From Marsupella aquatica (Eukaryota; Plantae; Marchantiophyta), in assembly GCA_973895155.1 (NCBI GenBank), contig OZ316892.1, positions 28,774,932 to 28,838,931 of the forward strand: a DNA stretch of 64,000 nucleotides, given 5' to 3'. Shown here one piece after another: positions 25,486 to 37,487 of the stretch. The number at the start of each line of letters is the position of its first letter. The stretch's first letter is position 1. The notes under the pieces are model-generated. The model was given only the letters and a program-made list of their open reading frames with translations, was not told where the DNA came from and made no database searches. A program made the position numbers and the translations under genes.

Positions 25486-26311
25486 GCCTGAACCTTGCTC
25501 CAACAAAGCTCAAGAAAGTCAGGTTTTTTTCACACCGTTACAGGCTAGTAACTAAGACCCAGACCTGCATTATCATACTTCTTCAGAGGGTTACAGGCTG
25601 CTATATAACCGAGACCAGACACGCATTTTCCTATACTTTATCGATAATCACGCCTCTCAAAGCCTGCAATGCCGTCCTATGAGCCGTCACTGGTGTCCCA
25701 TTAGTGGTCCGCAGGGTAGGGGTCACCAAGCGTCGCTGGGGGTTTCATGCAGAAGTTTTCCTGTGGCTCCATTTCTTTTCAGGCAGGAGTCAGGAACGTG
25801 GGTGCGACAGCCCTTGAGCAGTGAGGTTCTGTGCAGTAACTGCTCTGCTTGTTCGAATCTGAGCTTCGTGTCATGCACTACTCCGATTCGCACAGCTTCG
25901 ATCGTTGCAAAGGGTGACGCGGTGTTGTGATCGCACTGCAACGTTGTGGTGGTGCCTCTAGTAGATCGAGCTGTGTTGGGTCTGCCATGAAATCTAATTA
26001 TACAGGTTTCTTGAAGCTCTGGTTGACGAGGGAGGCACGACAGAGGTCGGAAGTTTTGTTGACGAGATGGTGATGCCGAAGATGATATTGGGTTTCATGG
26101 TGATGCCGAAGATGATATTGGGTTTCATTCGGGACCATTTGGAATTTGAAGATGATACTGGGTTTCATTCGGGACCATTCGGAATTTATTAGTAGAAGAT
26201 TGAGTTTGTGTGGGAGCAGAGTTCCGTGAATGAATGGTTATTGATTGAGGGGGAAATTTTGGTCAGGAACTGCAGAAGAAGCATCGAAAGAGAGGGAGTG
26301 TGGTCGAAAAG

Positions 26312-28072
26312 ATGTTAGAATACGGGAGCGTCGGGGACGCAGAGGCTGCGCTGGGGCGCAACCTGACGACGCTGGAGCTCAAGTGGTTTCAATATACGGC
26401 CAATGTCAGCGACTATAAGCTCTACTGCTTCAACATTGTGTTCCTGTTCATCATCTTCAATTTCGCTCCCTTGCCTTCTGTGGTACTAGATTTCCTCAAG
26501 GTGAAAGAGTTCGAGAAGTACAGGCTTCAACCGGGCGTGCATAACAGCAGAGAGTCCATCTGGCAGTGTTACAAGCGGGTGACCGTCTTGTTCTTCACTG
26601 TCGTTGGGCCACTCCAACTCTCTTCTTATCCTGCCGTGAAGGTGCTCTCTTCGTCCTCTTGAGACCTGGACTGGTGAAGCAATTACTATTAAATTGGTAT
26701 CCATTAGCAGAGAGAATTACTGAAGATAACTCCTTGAATATCTATTCTTGAATATCTGTCTGGTTTCGTAGTAAACTACGTCTTTCTCTAACTAAGTTTG
26801 GCGATGCAGTGCAGATGGTGGGCGTACATTGCGGTTTACCTCTTCCCAGCCTGCAAGAAATTGTACTGCAGGTGGCAGTCTATTTCCTTGTTGAAGACTA
26901 TTCCAACTATTGGATTCACAGATGGCTTCACTCAGAGTGGGCCTACAATAACATACACCACGTGCATCACGAATTCACAGCCCCAATGAGCTTCTGTGCT
27001 CCATACGTGCATGTTGCTGAGATGATTGTGTTAGGAATTCCCACCTTTTTGGGCCCCGCTCTTGTGCCTGGACACATGATAACTTTCTGGCTGTGGATAG
27101 GACTGAGGCAACTCGAAGCCATCGAGACACACAGTGGGTATGTCACAATCTGTTTTCGCCAAGTTTCTTTTTGAATCTTACTGGAGGTATTGTTCCTAAT
27201 GTTCCATGCGAGCATTTGTTTTGAGCAGATCTTAGTGCCCTTTGGTTTATCTGATGGAGTATGTTTAATTCTTCCATTTGCAGGTATGAGTTTCCTTGGA
27301 GCCCAACAAGGTTCATTCCCTTCTATGGAGGTTCTGAGTATCACGACTACCATCACTTGGTTGGTGGTTCAAGCCAAAGCAATTTCGCCTCCGTTTTTAC
27401 ATATTGTGACTGGCTCTATGGCACTGATAAGGTGAGGTTTGGCGGGCTTGAATCACGAATTGTTACTAACTAGAGAATGTGGGACAGTGAGACTGATAAA
27501 TGGCCCAAAAGACCTCTGTAGATACTTACATAGTATGGGCTGTCGTTGCCGCATTTGTAATCATTTTGCATTTCTCTTCTGTTGCATTGGTTTTGATTTT
27601 TTTCGAGACTCAGCTGATGCCTGCAGTACCATAGCAGTGTACATTCTTCAAACCTAAATTGCATTGAGGGGACCTTGAGAAACAAGGAAATGTGCAAGGC
27701 TTACTTATGAGCTGGAAAATCTATGTGAAGTCTAGTTCTGCTGAGATAAAGTCGTGATAAGTATTGGCGATTTACCTTCACGCTGTTGTCTACCTTCAGG
27801 GTTTTCGCTACCAAAGGAGTTTTCTCCATAAGGTGAGTTCTTCCAAGTTTGATTCCTGCTCGTTTTCGTCGCATTTGCTACATATGTGTTCGGTGACAGC
27901 TTCCTACTTCTTATAGGAAACTCTAATAAAGTTTTTTATTATAATGAGTTTGACGTCTTGGAATGACTTCCTGCAGTCTCGTAAAGCCAGAGTGGTGGAG
28001 GACGAGAATGATTGGACAATATTGAACTTGCCCAAAGAGAAGCGGCTGAGGGCCAAAGCAAAGACAACATAA
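26312..28072 (+). CDS. SMO1: methylsterol monooxygenase 1 (sterol 4-alpha-methyl oxidase, SMO1 family), 5 exons
   Basis: Exons 26312-26641, 26815-27137, 27284-27431, 27800-27832 and 27977-28072, all GT-AG and in frame. N-terminus MLEYGSVGDAEAALGRNLT; His boxes HRWLH, HHVHH, HDYHH; LRQLEAIETHSGYEFPW; NFASVFTYCDWLYGTDKG. Confidence 0.95.
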
Positions 28073-30624
28073 CATAAGCACCACAGCGTTGTTAATGGCT
28101 CAAGATTGTACAAGTGCCGTTGAATTTATACTTGCGGAGGAGTATGTCTGCAAGAACGTTAAACATCTTCTCATTAAGCAGATTCGTCTTTGGCAGGAGA
28201 GTTGAAATGTGCATCTCTACCTGAGTTTCTGCAACTCTGACCTGAAGCGTCATGAACAATTTTGAGTCCTGGTTAAATTGACCGGACTGGCTATCCCATT
28301 TTTCTTTGTAGTCGCTCGACTTTTCGGGAATTTGACTCTCATTTGGCTGCCTGCGTTTCAGCTGATAGGTTGCTTTCGGACACATGTCTTTTTCCTTCGG
28401 ACATTGTTGAAACTCGTCAGTAAAATTGTACACTCAATTGAGTATTAAATATTTCGCACCAAATCCTGCGATAGTTCTTGCTTATTGCAACAGAGGCTTC
28501 CTGCTATGGATCATCGTCAATTTACTTGTGTGTCTAGCAAGGTTTAAATGAGTGGCTTTCTTGCTATTCCTTCTTTTATATCCAACTTTACAAATGTTGG
28601 TCCCCCGCAAAGCCGAGTGAAAAGAGACCTTAGTTTAGAGAAAATTTGCCTCAAATGTTCTGCATCATTTCCTTCAGACAAGGGCAATGGCTAGGGTTTG
28701 GACTTTGGTCATCTCGTCATCAAACATTTCGCTGATATGCCGCGAATACCTTATAGTATTCTGAATTGTGAACATTGCTTGTTTGAGCTTTGATTGATAA
28801 GAAATTCTATTTGAGTTAAAGTGGGTGTTTAGGGACTTGTTGCATGTACTAGGAGGCTGAAGAGTATTGATAGCCCAGTTTCTCAGTATTCTGAAGGTAC
28901 AAGAGTCTAGACAGTAGCATGAGATGAAAAGATGCTTGAGCACTAGCTAAAGCATCCCAATTCAAGCTCCGAGCATGAGTCTTTCATGACAGTCTAAAGA
29001 GCAAGAACTTGGTAGGATTCGCTGGTTTAAGGTGGAGCTTCTTTTTTCGAGAATTCTTTGTGTTGCGGGCGATTATGTGGGTATGTCAATACATTGCCAG
29101 GTAGGTTTTAGCTCCCTGTCAACAAAGAATGTTTCTGGGAAACTGTTCAGCTGAGATGTCTCGCACATTGAATTTCAATTCTCTAATGGCAGAAACACTA
29201 TTGAAAATTCCTCGTTAACCAGGAATAGGAAGCTGACGCTTGCAACAATCAGCAGTGGTTAAGACAACTTGCTTCCTAAATCGAGTTTCCACTTCTATTC
29301 GCTTCTCCTCTCAGACTAAATTTGTAAAGCAGTTGTGCCATTGGACGCAATTCTACTGAGATTCAACTAGGGGATGCAGCTTCCTTGTGGATCAATTAGA
29401 ACTCTATCTCCCCAATCCTTTCTTTCGTTTCCAGGGCGACCACCTACTGGAACTCAGGTATGGCTTGCCTCATCTGAAGTACTTCGTATGTATCTCTTCA
29501 AAGGAAATTTGGCACGATCTGCGAAGGGTAGGCATTCCATCTGTGTGGCTGACGTACGTGTGTGATTAACTTGCAGTGGACTACTTGGTCTCTGTTTCCT
29601 AGCTGTAACTGGGATCATGGCTGGGTCAAATCGATCAGCATCTTTGAAGGATACCCAGCGTTCGATACCTTTTGGCACACTCGCAGCCAGATTGGTGTTC
29701 AGACTGTTCTGTATCTCGTGTTTGTGGTCATGTTTGGGGCGGTGGCAACAAGGGAGAAACTGCTAACTGACCGGTTACTTCCTTCAAATTTTAGTTGACC
29801 TCATACAGCCCCTTCATACGCTTGCTATGTCTCGCCTTAGTGTGAGTGACCTACTTTGTGGTGTAACCACTTCACCGAAGCTTCAATGCAATTTCTTTTG
29901 GGTTGAATTAGAATGTCAACTTTTTCATAGCAGAAATTGTGTCTGGCTGATCCTTCCAAGTACCTACATGATGCGTGAAATACAGTCAGCACCACCTATG
30001 CCTCCTTTTCTCCTTTGCCGTTTCCGATTGTACTCTTGCCTTTGGTTTTCTGTGTCCTTGTCTCGGGTGATCTGTCTATAGTCTAGGTTTATGGAATAGT
30101 ATAGGTTTTGCATGAAATGCTGGTTAGGCCTCAATGTCTGTTTGTTGATTTTGAAGGTTTTTGAAGATTTTCTACTTTCGTGTTCGACTGCTTCAGTAGA
30201 TAGTCGCCACGGAGAAAGAACAGAAGTGAGCAAAGCAGTAGGGGGCAAACGGGGCCAAGGAACTCCCACCCTCATCACGACTAGCTCGGCCCCCTTCAGG
30301 CACATCGCGACTTGGCTGACTGATCACGACTCGCAACTGTTATGGCATTGCAAATCGCGACTGCTACGGTATATTCCATGTAGCAGTCGCGAAGTGCTCC
30401 TTGTTACGGCATTTGCGGCAATTTAAATTTCGGAATGAGGATTTCGTTCGTGTGATGTTGGCTTATGAGAATCCTAGTTGTGTTCAGTCTCAGGTGCTGG
30501 TGTTATCTGCTTGCGTTGTCTCCTTGCCGGGGATCATTGGAGTCTTAGAAACCTCTTTCTAGGTCTGAAGGAAATTTGTATTTCAGAACAATCATCTCTG
30601 TAGTCTCCCGGGGGGTCCCAATAA

Positions 30625-32197
30625 ATGGCAAGGAAGCGCAAGGCGCACGGCAAGTCTCCTGAGAAGGGAGCGCATCTCCTCCCCTTCGAAATCCAAGGAA
30701 GAAGATGCGGAGGTCTCAACGTCGAGTAGCTCCGATCCGGGCAGTGATTTAGATTCAGAAGTGGAGGAGGACTCACCTTTGTCGTCGCCATTTCCTGACG
30801 TTGGCTTCTTTCTCTCACTCACTCCCAGCCATTTCCGTTCCTGAGAATTCTGCACTGTTTCTCTTACAATCATTGGATTTTTTATTGTCAATAAGAACCA
30901 GGAGAACAACGTAGGGCAATCGAAACGGTGGGAAAGTCGAAGGGCTGCACTAAACAGAGCCTCAACCATAAAAAATTTAAATCAATATCTGCATTGCTAC
31001 TTTTCGGGAGATTATCCTCGAGCTTGGTTATGAAAACCTCAGAGGCACCGGAAATCATGTAAGGATGGAAAGCCGTGGATCAGAATTATGTCGATTGATT
31101 GACTAGTTTAACTCCAGTCTTGGGCAGTCAGGAATATTTCAGAACCGCTAAATTTTGAGTCAATATTGAGCAATGCCAACCCCTAATCCTCACCTATAAC
31201 TAGCTTTAATAATGCCTGGTTTCGGCTCACATGTTAAGCTCCCGGCCTCAATGACCATAACAGTTATGGAGAGCCTTTTGAGTGTCTCAAAACCAATCGC
31301 TGCAAATATTACGTACACATTTTACCTGTTGAAAGTATACATTTTGCCACATTTTATCTGTTATGCAAGGTAGTAAGCTTGCCACCAATTTTGCCTCTTG
31401 AAAGTACAGACTTTGCCAGGTCCTATCTGTTATGCAAGTTGGAGCTTCGCACCAAGTCTTGGTTTGCGGAAATGTTTCCCTTGACATCTGCTCTTGGTAT
31501 TTGCAGGACATTGTTGACGTCGATTTCGAGTTTTTCGACCCTAAGCCGCATGATTTCCATGGGGCGAAAGCGTTATTGCGGACTTATTTGGATGATGTCA
31601 CCTGGGACATAAACGGCTTTGTGGAATTGTTCTTAGCTCAAATCACGGTCGGGAGGGTTGTTAAAACGTCAGAGGCGGAAAGCCCCATTGGTCTCATATC
31701 TACTCTCAATTTGGCAAGATACAAGGTAACCGCTCTCTCATGAGCCAATGCTAAAAAGCTGAAGACAACGTGTTATTATACTCTGTCTTCCATTTTTCCG
31801 ATCGAAGGGCTCATCTTATTTTCGGAGTTTAAAAGTATATATGTGCCGAACAAGTAAACTGTGCAAGTTACCTAAAGTAAACAGGCCAGACCCTAACCTA
31901 GGTTCATCTGTCCTAAATATCACAAGGTTTACTGCAACATGAAGAAACATTCATGAAGGTTTGAAACAAGGCCTGTGCATCTATTCAGTGAACTCAGTTA
32001 TACTTATCTGTTTTGTGTTGTTGGCAGGATAGTCCCTGTATGAAACATATCCAGCAGTATATGGACAGTAAAGCTAGTGGAAAACCGGAGGCCAAGCAAC
32101 TCGAACGAAGTCCTGTAAATGTAGTGGCCTTCCTTTTTTCCAAATTCTGATTAATGAAGTGGTGGGCTGAGTGCATCCAACAGAAGCGCTCCAGAAC
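30625..32197 (+). pseudogene. BCCIP: BCCIP pseudogene (duplicate of 41723-44166)
   Basis: ATG 30625 MARKRKA..., then an ~8-nt deletion frameshift in exon 1. Exon 2 (31507-31725) is intact: DIVDVDFEFFDPKPHDFHG. Exon 3 is cut at ~32108, the exon-4 acceptor is mutated (cag>cat) and the remaining exons are deleted. Confidence 0.9.
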
Positions 32198-33147
32198 GAG
32201 CAAACAGATACTCCAAAGAGTTTTGTGGGGTGGGTTAGTAGCCTTAGAGTCTATCTTGCCTTAACTTTACACTGAAGTCTGGAGTACTGTTTCTTAACAA
32301 AATGACATTAAACAATCAGTCAATCGTCATAATCTGCCCTTTCTGCCTCACATGGTTACTTTGTTGTAAATCAAGTCCCAATAGCTTCCATAATGCTGGC
32401 TACTGAAGAAATGTGGCTAGAGGGAAGACTCTTCTGTACTCCGCGGTGGCATTCAATGAAAAACAGTGTGTTATTTCCACACCTCTCAAGACAGTGTCTT
32501 ATTTACACAAAGGCCTGCGGATTTTGTCAGTGTTTTGGCGTTTCCTCAGTGTGGGGACATTTGTACCTGAGTACGAGTATTGCAGTATTGGAACATATGG
32601 AAGATGCCCAAGGTGCAGGTTGGCTTTGGATCACTCATATTTCAGCCCATTCCAGTTCCAATGGGGTGTACCTGCATGGAATAGGGCTGTAAGACACTAC
32701 AATTGAAGGGTGCAAAGCATTTGTGTCCCTTCTTGTTTTGACTTCTGAAGTGCATGGAATAGGGCTCTAAGACAGTACAATTGAAGGGTGCAAAGCATTT
32801 GTGTCCCTTCTTGTTTTGACTTCTGAAGTGCATCCAAAGGGCAATTCTACCAGGCCTGTTTACCTTTCGCCCTTCTGCCACCAAAATTGAGATACTTATA
32901 CATTTGCAGATCAGATCCAGAATCCCAAGCCTGTTTACCTTTTGCCCTTCTGCCACCAACATTGGGATACTTATACATTTGCAGATCAGATCCAGAATCC
33001 CATCCGAACCTACTGAGAGATGCCCATAATCAGGTGCCACACCCACTTTGGCTCCCCATAATATTTGCAGATCAGATCCTGAATCCCATCCAAACCTCCT
33101 GAGAGACGCTCATAGTTAGGTGCCATGCGCACTTTTTTAATGCTCCT

Positions 33148-33858
33148 TGTTAAGGGTCGTGGGTTTTTTTTAATGCCTCTTGGCTTACCAAAGCTTGCCA
33201 TGTAGGCAGCTTTCTATCTCATTATTTGTGGTCGTATTTTGGGTGTATTATATGCGCGACATTTATGGATACAGATTTTTCAAAAACACAAATACTTCAA
33301 TAGGGATAAGCTGAAGTATCCCACGGGTCGGCATATGGTCGCCTCCAATACTCCATTAAGGAAGCAGGGACCTTAAACATATATGTTAAGGGTTGTGGGG
33401 TCTTTTTAATGCCTCTCGGCTTACCAGAGCTTGCCATGTAGGCAGCTTTATATCTCATTATTTGTGGTCATAATTTGGGTGTATTTATATGCATGACATT
33501 TATGGATACAGATTTTTCAAAAACACAAATACTTCAATAGGAATAAGATGAAGTATCCCACGGGTTGTCCGCATATGGTCGCCTCCAATACTCCATTAAC
33601 GAGGAAGCAGGGACCTTAAACACATATGTTAAGGGTTGTGGGGTTTTTTTAATGCCTCTCGGCTTACCAGAGCTTGCCATGTAGGCAGCTTTATATCTCA
33701 TTATTTGTGGTCATATTTTGGGTGTATTTATATGCATGACATTTATGGATACAGATTTTTCAAAAACACAAATACTTCAATAGGGATAAGATGAAGTATC
33801 CTGCGGGTCGGCATAAGGTCGCCTCCAATACTCTGGAAGCAGGGACCTTAAACATATA
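33148..33858. repeat. tandem repeat, ~237-243-bp unit x3
   Basis: tgttaagggt.gtggg...gcttgccatgtaggcagc...atttatggatacagatttttcaaaaacacaaatacttcaatagg...ggtcgcctccaatactc...gcagggaccttaaaca starts at ~33148, 33384 and 33627. Confidence 0.92.
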
Positions 33859-34482
33859 CATAATAGTTACTAGGCAGGTGGTGTGGTTGTTGGGCAGTTG
33901 GGTGCTACGACAACCAACCAGGCAACACAGTGGCAGTCCAGTCCAGTCCAGTTGAGAGGAACTAGAAGTACTACTACAGGACCTACGCAGCAGTACATAC
34001 ACAAGAACAGTGTCTCCACATGTGACGATCCGCTTACAATTGGGATTTTAGGGTTTAGGGTGATCGATGCAAAGGCCTTCGCCGGTCGGATTTCGAGCGA
34101 GGAGATGGTGTGGTAGAAGCGATGGGTAGAGGAAGGGGCAGGCAGCAGAGAGAGGCCGACAGGGATGGAGGGAGGATACTGAGAAAGATACTGAGGAGCA
34201 GGAAGAGGGTTCGATCCAGTCGATGCCATCGATCGATCTTCATCAATCATGATCGAGAATCGGTCGATCGATCGACCCATTTATTTCCAGATCGGTCTTG
34301 GACGGGACAGCTCATGCGAATGGAGGGCTGGATGAGTGGGCTGGGGAATAGAATCAGGAGCACTTCGCTGATGTGTGGTTTCTCCTCTCATTCTGTGTGT
34401 GTCTCTCTCGCGAGGCGTGTGTCTGTATTGAATGTGTGTGTGCTACTGGGAGAGCGGGTAAGCTGCCGATACCAACACAACA

Positions 34483-36057
34483 ATGGTGTTGCCAAGACAA
34501 CGCTCAAAAAAACGCCGCCGGGTTGATCCGACTTTGATATCACAGGCACCAGACCCATTGCCTTACAGTCCCGAGGATAATTTTTTTGAACTGCCAGAGT
34601 CCTATCTCGAAGACTTTAGTCTTCTCATTGATGTTCGGCTGCTATTTTGTCGCAAACAATTTCATGCGCTTTTCAAATTCCTAAACTCTGCACTACATAC
34701 TCGGAGAGTTAACCCACCGAGGTGGACAAATCCCTACACACTTGGTTGGATTCTTGGATCCCCAGGGACTGGCAAGTCTACTACTGTCCTTGCCTTCTTA
34801 TGGACCCTGAGCCGGGAGATGTGGGCTTTTACTTGGTTACATCTCGAGGATGGAGAGCTGTGTTGTGTGCAGGTTGAGGGCAGTGAAAAGAGGACTCTCA
34901 TCAGTCTTGAGTCAGGCAGAAGGCTGCGTACCTTGCTAGATACATTTCTAGGTCAGGTACACAACAACCAGCGGCACGTTGTATTCCTTGATGGTTTTAC
35001 GGCTGATTACAAGACTCTTTATTCGATTTGTAGAGCCTGGCTTAAGAACAATTATGAAATGCATCGATTAGTGATTGTCTGCTCTCTGTCACATCGTGGC
35101 AAGAATTCTGAAGCGACGGATGCAAGATTGCAATGTAAAGAGTTCTTGCTTGATTCCTGGACGAAGGAACAGTACATCGAAGCTGTGAAGGAAGACAAGT
35201 TCTATGATAATGCCAGACTCAATTTAGATGCAACAGGACCAGCCAGGGGCATCTCTCGTCAAGAATTGGTGGACTCTAAGTTCTATTTTGCAGGTGGTTC
35301 CTGCCGCTATATGTTTGGATTCTCAACAAAGATGGTAATTGAGTCCATTGACATAGCACTTAGCGCTGTTCGTGATATCGTGCCATACATTGAGGGCACC
35401 ATAGGACTTCGCTCAGACGGGGCTGTGAACCGCCTCTTCAGTTGTTACCATCCCATGGGAATAAGAACAACGACTGCAATTGTCAGCCGTTATGCTGCAA
35501 CAGAACTGGCAGTGCTACGGGGGCCACGGTTGATCGACCGCCTTGCTCAGTGTCTCAGTGAACACCTTAATCCTGCTATGGACGGGTGGTTATTCGAAAT
35601 GAGGTTTTTCTCCAGAATCAGCCGCGAAGGTGTCACTGTTTATGTTGATGGCGAAGTACTTGAAACCTTGCCTAGGGCATACGTTGATCGGGTTGACACC
35701 TCCAACATCGAATCTGTTCCGGATAATGCTGTGTGGTGGAAACCTCAGATGTGGAATCAAGGTGGTTATGATGCAGTGTTTGTGGATAAGTCAAATAATA
35801 CAGTACTTTTCATCCAATTGACGATTGCTGCAAGACACACATTCAAAATAGATCAGTTTTACAGGCTGCTCACTCAATTAAAGGACCACATGGAGATCAG
35901 AGTGATGGAGATTTTCTTCTTGTCTCCTAAAGGCATCAGGCCTAAAATCTCTCAAGTCAGTGGACACGGCTTGTTGGATCCATTTGATGGTTGGCAGAAG
36001 GGTGGAGAAAAGGATGCTGTGAAGAACGGCTGGGTCGACTTCTCATTTGAGTCATGA
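34483..36057 (+). CDS. Crinkler (CRN)-type effector-like protein: P-loop NTPase + PD-(D/E)xK-like endonuclease, intronless, 524 aa
   Basis: Plant Kozak context acaacaATGG. Basic NLS-like RSKKRRRV; Walker A GWILGSPGTGKS; Walker B HVVFLDG; KFYFAGGSCRYMF; nuclease-type motifs DGWLFE...WNQGGYDAV...FIQLT. These match my recollection of oomycete CRN NTPase-REase C-terminal modules. Confidence 0.85.
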   Translation: MVLPRQRSKKRRRVDPTLISQAPDPLPYSPEDNFFELPESYLEDFSLLIDVRLLFCRKQFHALFKFLNSALHTRRVNPPRWTNPYTLGWILGSPGTGKSTTVLAFLWTLSREMWAFTWLHLEDGELCCVQVEGSEKRTLISLESGRRLRTLLDTFLGQVHNNQRHVVFLDGFTADYKTLYSICRAWLKNNYEMHRLVIVCSLSHRGKNSEATDARLQCKEFLLDSWTKEQYIEAVKEDKFYDNARLNLDATGPARGISRQELVDSKFYFAGGSCRYMFGFSTKMVIESIDIALSAVRDIVPYIEGTIGLRSDGAVNRLFSCYHPMGIRTTTAIVSRYAATELAVLRGPRLIDRLAQCLSEHLNPAMDGWLFEMRFFSRISREGVTVYVDGEVLETLPRAYVDRVDTSNIESVPDNAVWWKPQMWNQGGYDAVFVDKSNNTVLFIQLTIAARHTFKIDQFYRLLTQLKDHMEIRVMEIFFLSPKGIRPKISQVSGHGLLDPFDGWQKGGEKDAVKNGWVDFSFES

Positions 36058-36289
36058 ATACAACCGGAGCCTTCACAGATTTCGGGTTTACATTCACAGG
36101 TGATATGTCTACTGGTTTCTTGCCGCGGATGGGGTTTTCTGATTTTCTTGTGTAAGATTTGTGGCTGGTACTGTTTACTTACTTTATGGGGATTATCCTT
36201 ATCCTTCTGCTTTGTTCTGTGTTATTTAAATCTCTGAGAAATAATCTTTTGAGAAAGGAAGACGTCGGACTTGTTCAATCGATGGGACG

Positions 36290-36520
36290 TGGCTCCCTTA
36301 TTGGATTGCTTAAGAATCTGCCTCCCTTCAACGCTTTGTATCACAACTTCAGTGGGCCGATTCCTAATTTTGGTGACTTCCAGGCCAGTCTGACGATGGC
36401 TTCATTTTGGGGGAAATCCTGGCCTGTGCGGAGGGATTCTTGGGCCCCAACGACTCTGTCCAGTTGAAGTAGCGTCGCCAATCATTGCAACGGTTTTGAA
36501 TGTCCCCTTGTGTGGGTAGT
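36290..36520 (+). pseudogene. LRR receptor-like protein/kinase fragment (last LRR + C-terminal cap), frameshifted
   Basis: IGLLKNLPPFNALYHNFSGPIP (LRR NxFSGxIP), then a frameshift at the T/G run ~36405-36413 into GNPGLCG-GILGPQRLC, the canonical plant LRR C-cap. Confidence 0.7.
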
Positions 36521-37016
36521 GCAAGGACACTGGAGATTCAGGCACTAAGAGCCTTGGCAGGGAGTGTCTAGCCGTTAATGTCATCTCTCATAATTGTCCT
36601 TAGTGCAAACCTGTCTCCTCAGAATTTGGCGAACGTTTTCAATGTTTTTTTTTAATTCTCTTTGTTCAAGTAGCACGAGTCAATCCTGAGGGAGTACTTG
36701 GCAAATTTTGGCCATTTGCCTATAGATTATTAATTTCGAATCCGGCCCACTGGGTGCTCATTTGCTGGGTTAGTATACTGCAGCCTATTTAATGCCGTTT
36801 TGTCATTCATTATTCAGTAATTCATTCGGTAGAAGGACTTTTTTCTACATTCTCATCCAACCCTAAACATGATTAGAGGATAGTGCCCGATTCGCAATTT
36901 CTCTAAAGACTACTAAGTACACCAGGAAATGCTCGCCATTCCTCATATTCGTGAGGAAGAATTTTAGCGTTGAGTAGACTCCAATTGTTGCAAGGAGAAA
37001 GCCAGTGAGGCAGGAA

Positions 37017-37487
37017 ATGTCGTCTAGCCGTCCACGCATGGATGTGCCGGCAGATGTGCGAAGCACTAACGATGGATCAGACGCGGACGATTACTCGAGG
37101 ACAGCTACTCTCGGTAATTCTAAGCAGAAACTTTTCTCCATGGTCAAAGGCGACGGGGAGGACAGTTACAGTCGCAACTCGAAGATTCAATTGGCTCTCG
37201 CCAGGGTGCTGGAGGGAGCTCTGCATGACGCCCTTGAGAAAGTTATTCTTCCCTCTGATGGGCGCCCCGTAGTTGCCGCTGATCTCGGCAGCTCTTCGGG
37301 TCCTAACTCAATCGACGTCGTAGCAGATATATTTGGCAAGTTGAGAAAACGCCTGCCCGAAGATGCGACGTTCCAGGCTTATTTCAACGATCTGCCATCG
37401 AACGACTTCAACAATCTATTCCAGTTGTTGAGCGATGATAGCAGAGCGAAGAATTTCAACGCAGCTGGTGTACCGGGGTCATTTTAA
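37017..37487 (+). pseudogene. SABATH (SAM-dependent carboxyl methyltransferase) 5' fragment
   Basis: SMVKGDGEDSYSRNS, ADLGSSSGPNS, YFNDLPSNDFNNLF, AAGVPGSF, then TAA where YGRLFP is expected. Duplication copy B begins about 13 nt later. Confidence 0.85.

Larger units (their letters stand above)
28697..34424 (+). repeat. segmental duplication copy A (decayed, internally deleted)
   Basis: Collinear blocks: 28697-29430~37500-38280; 30237-31010~41327-42110; 31262-32108~42110-42974; 32109-32197~43131-43218; 32198-32990~45049-45700; 33864-34424~46001-46644. Confidence 0.9.

Noticed and set aside
33148-33858. CRISPR-like array
   Set aside because: Units are contiguous and near-identical with no unique spacers; eukaryotic context and no cas genes.
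34483-36057. NLR/NB-ARC resistance gene
   Set aside because: A P-loop is present but there are no RNBS, GLPL or MHD motifs and no LRR in the ORF; the motifs fit a CRN NTPase-nuclease instead.
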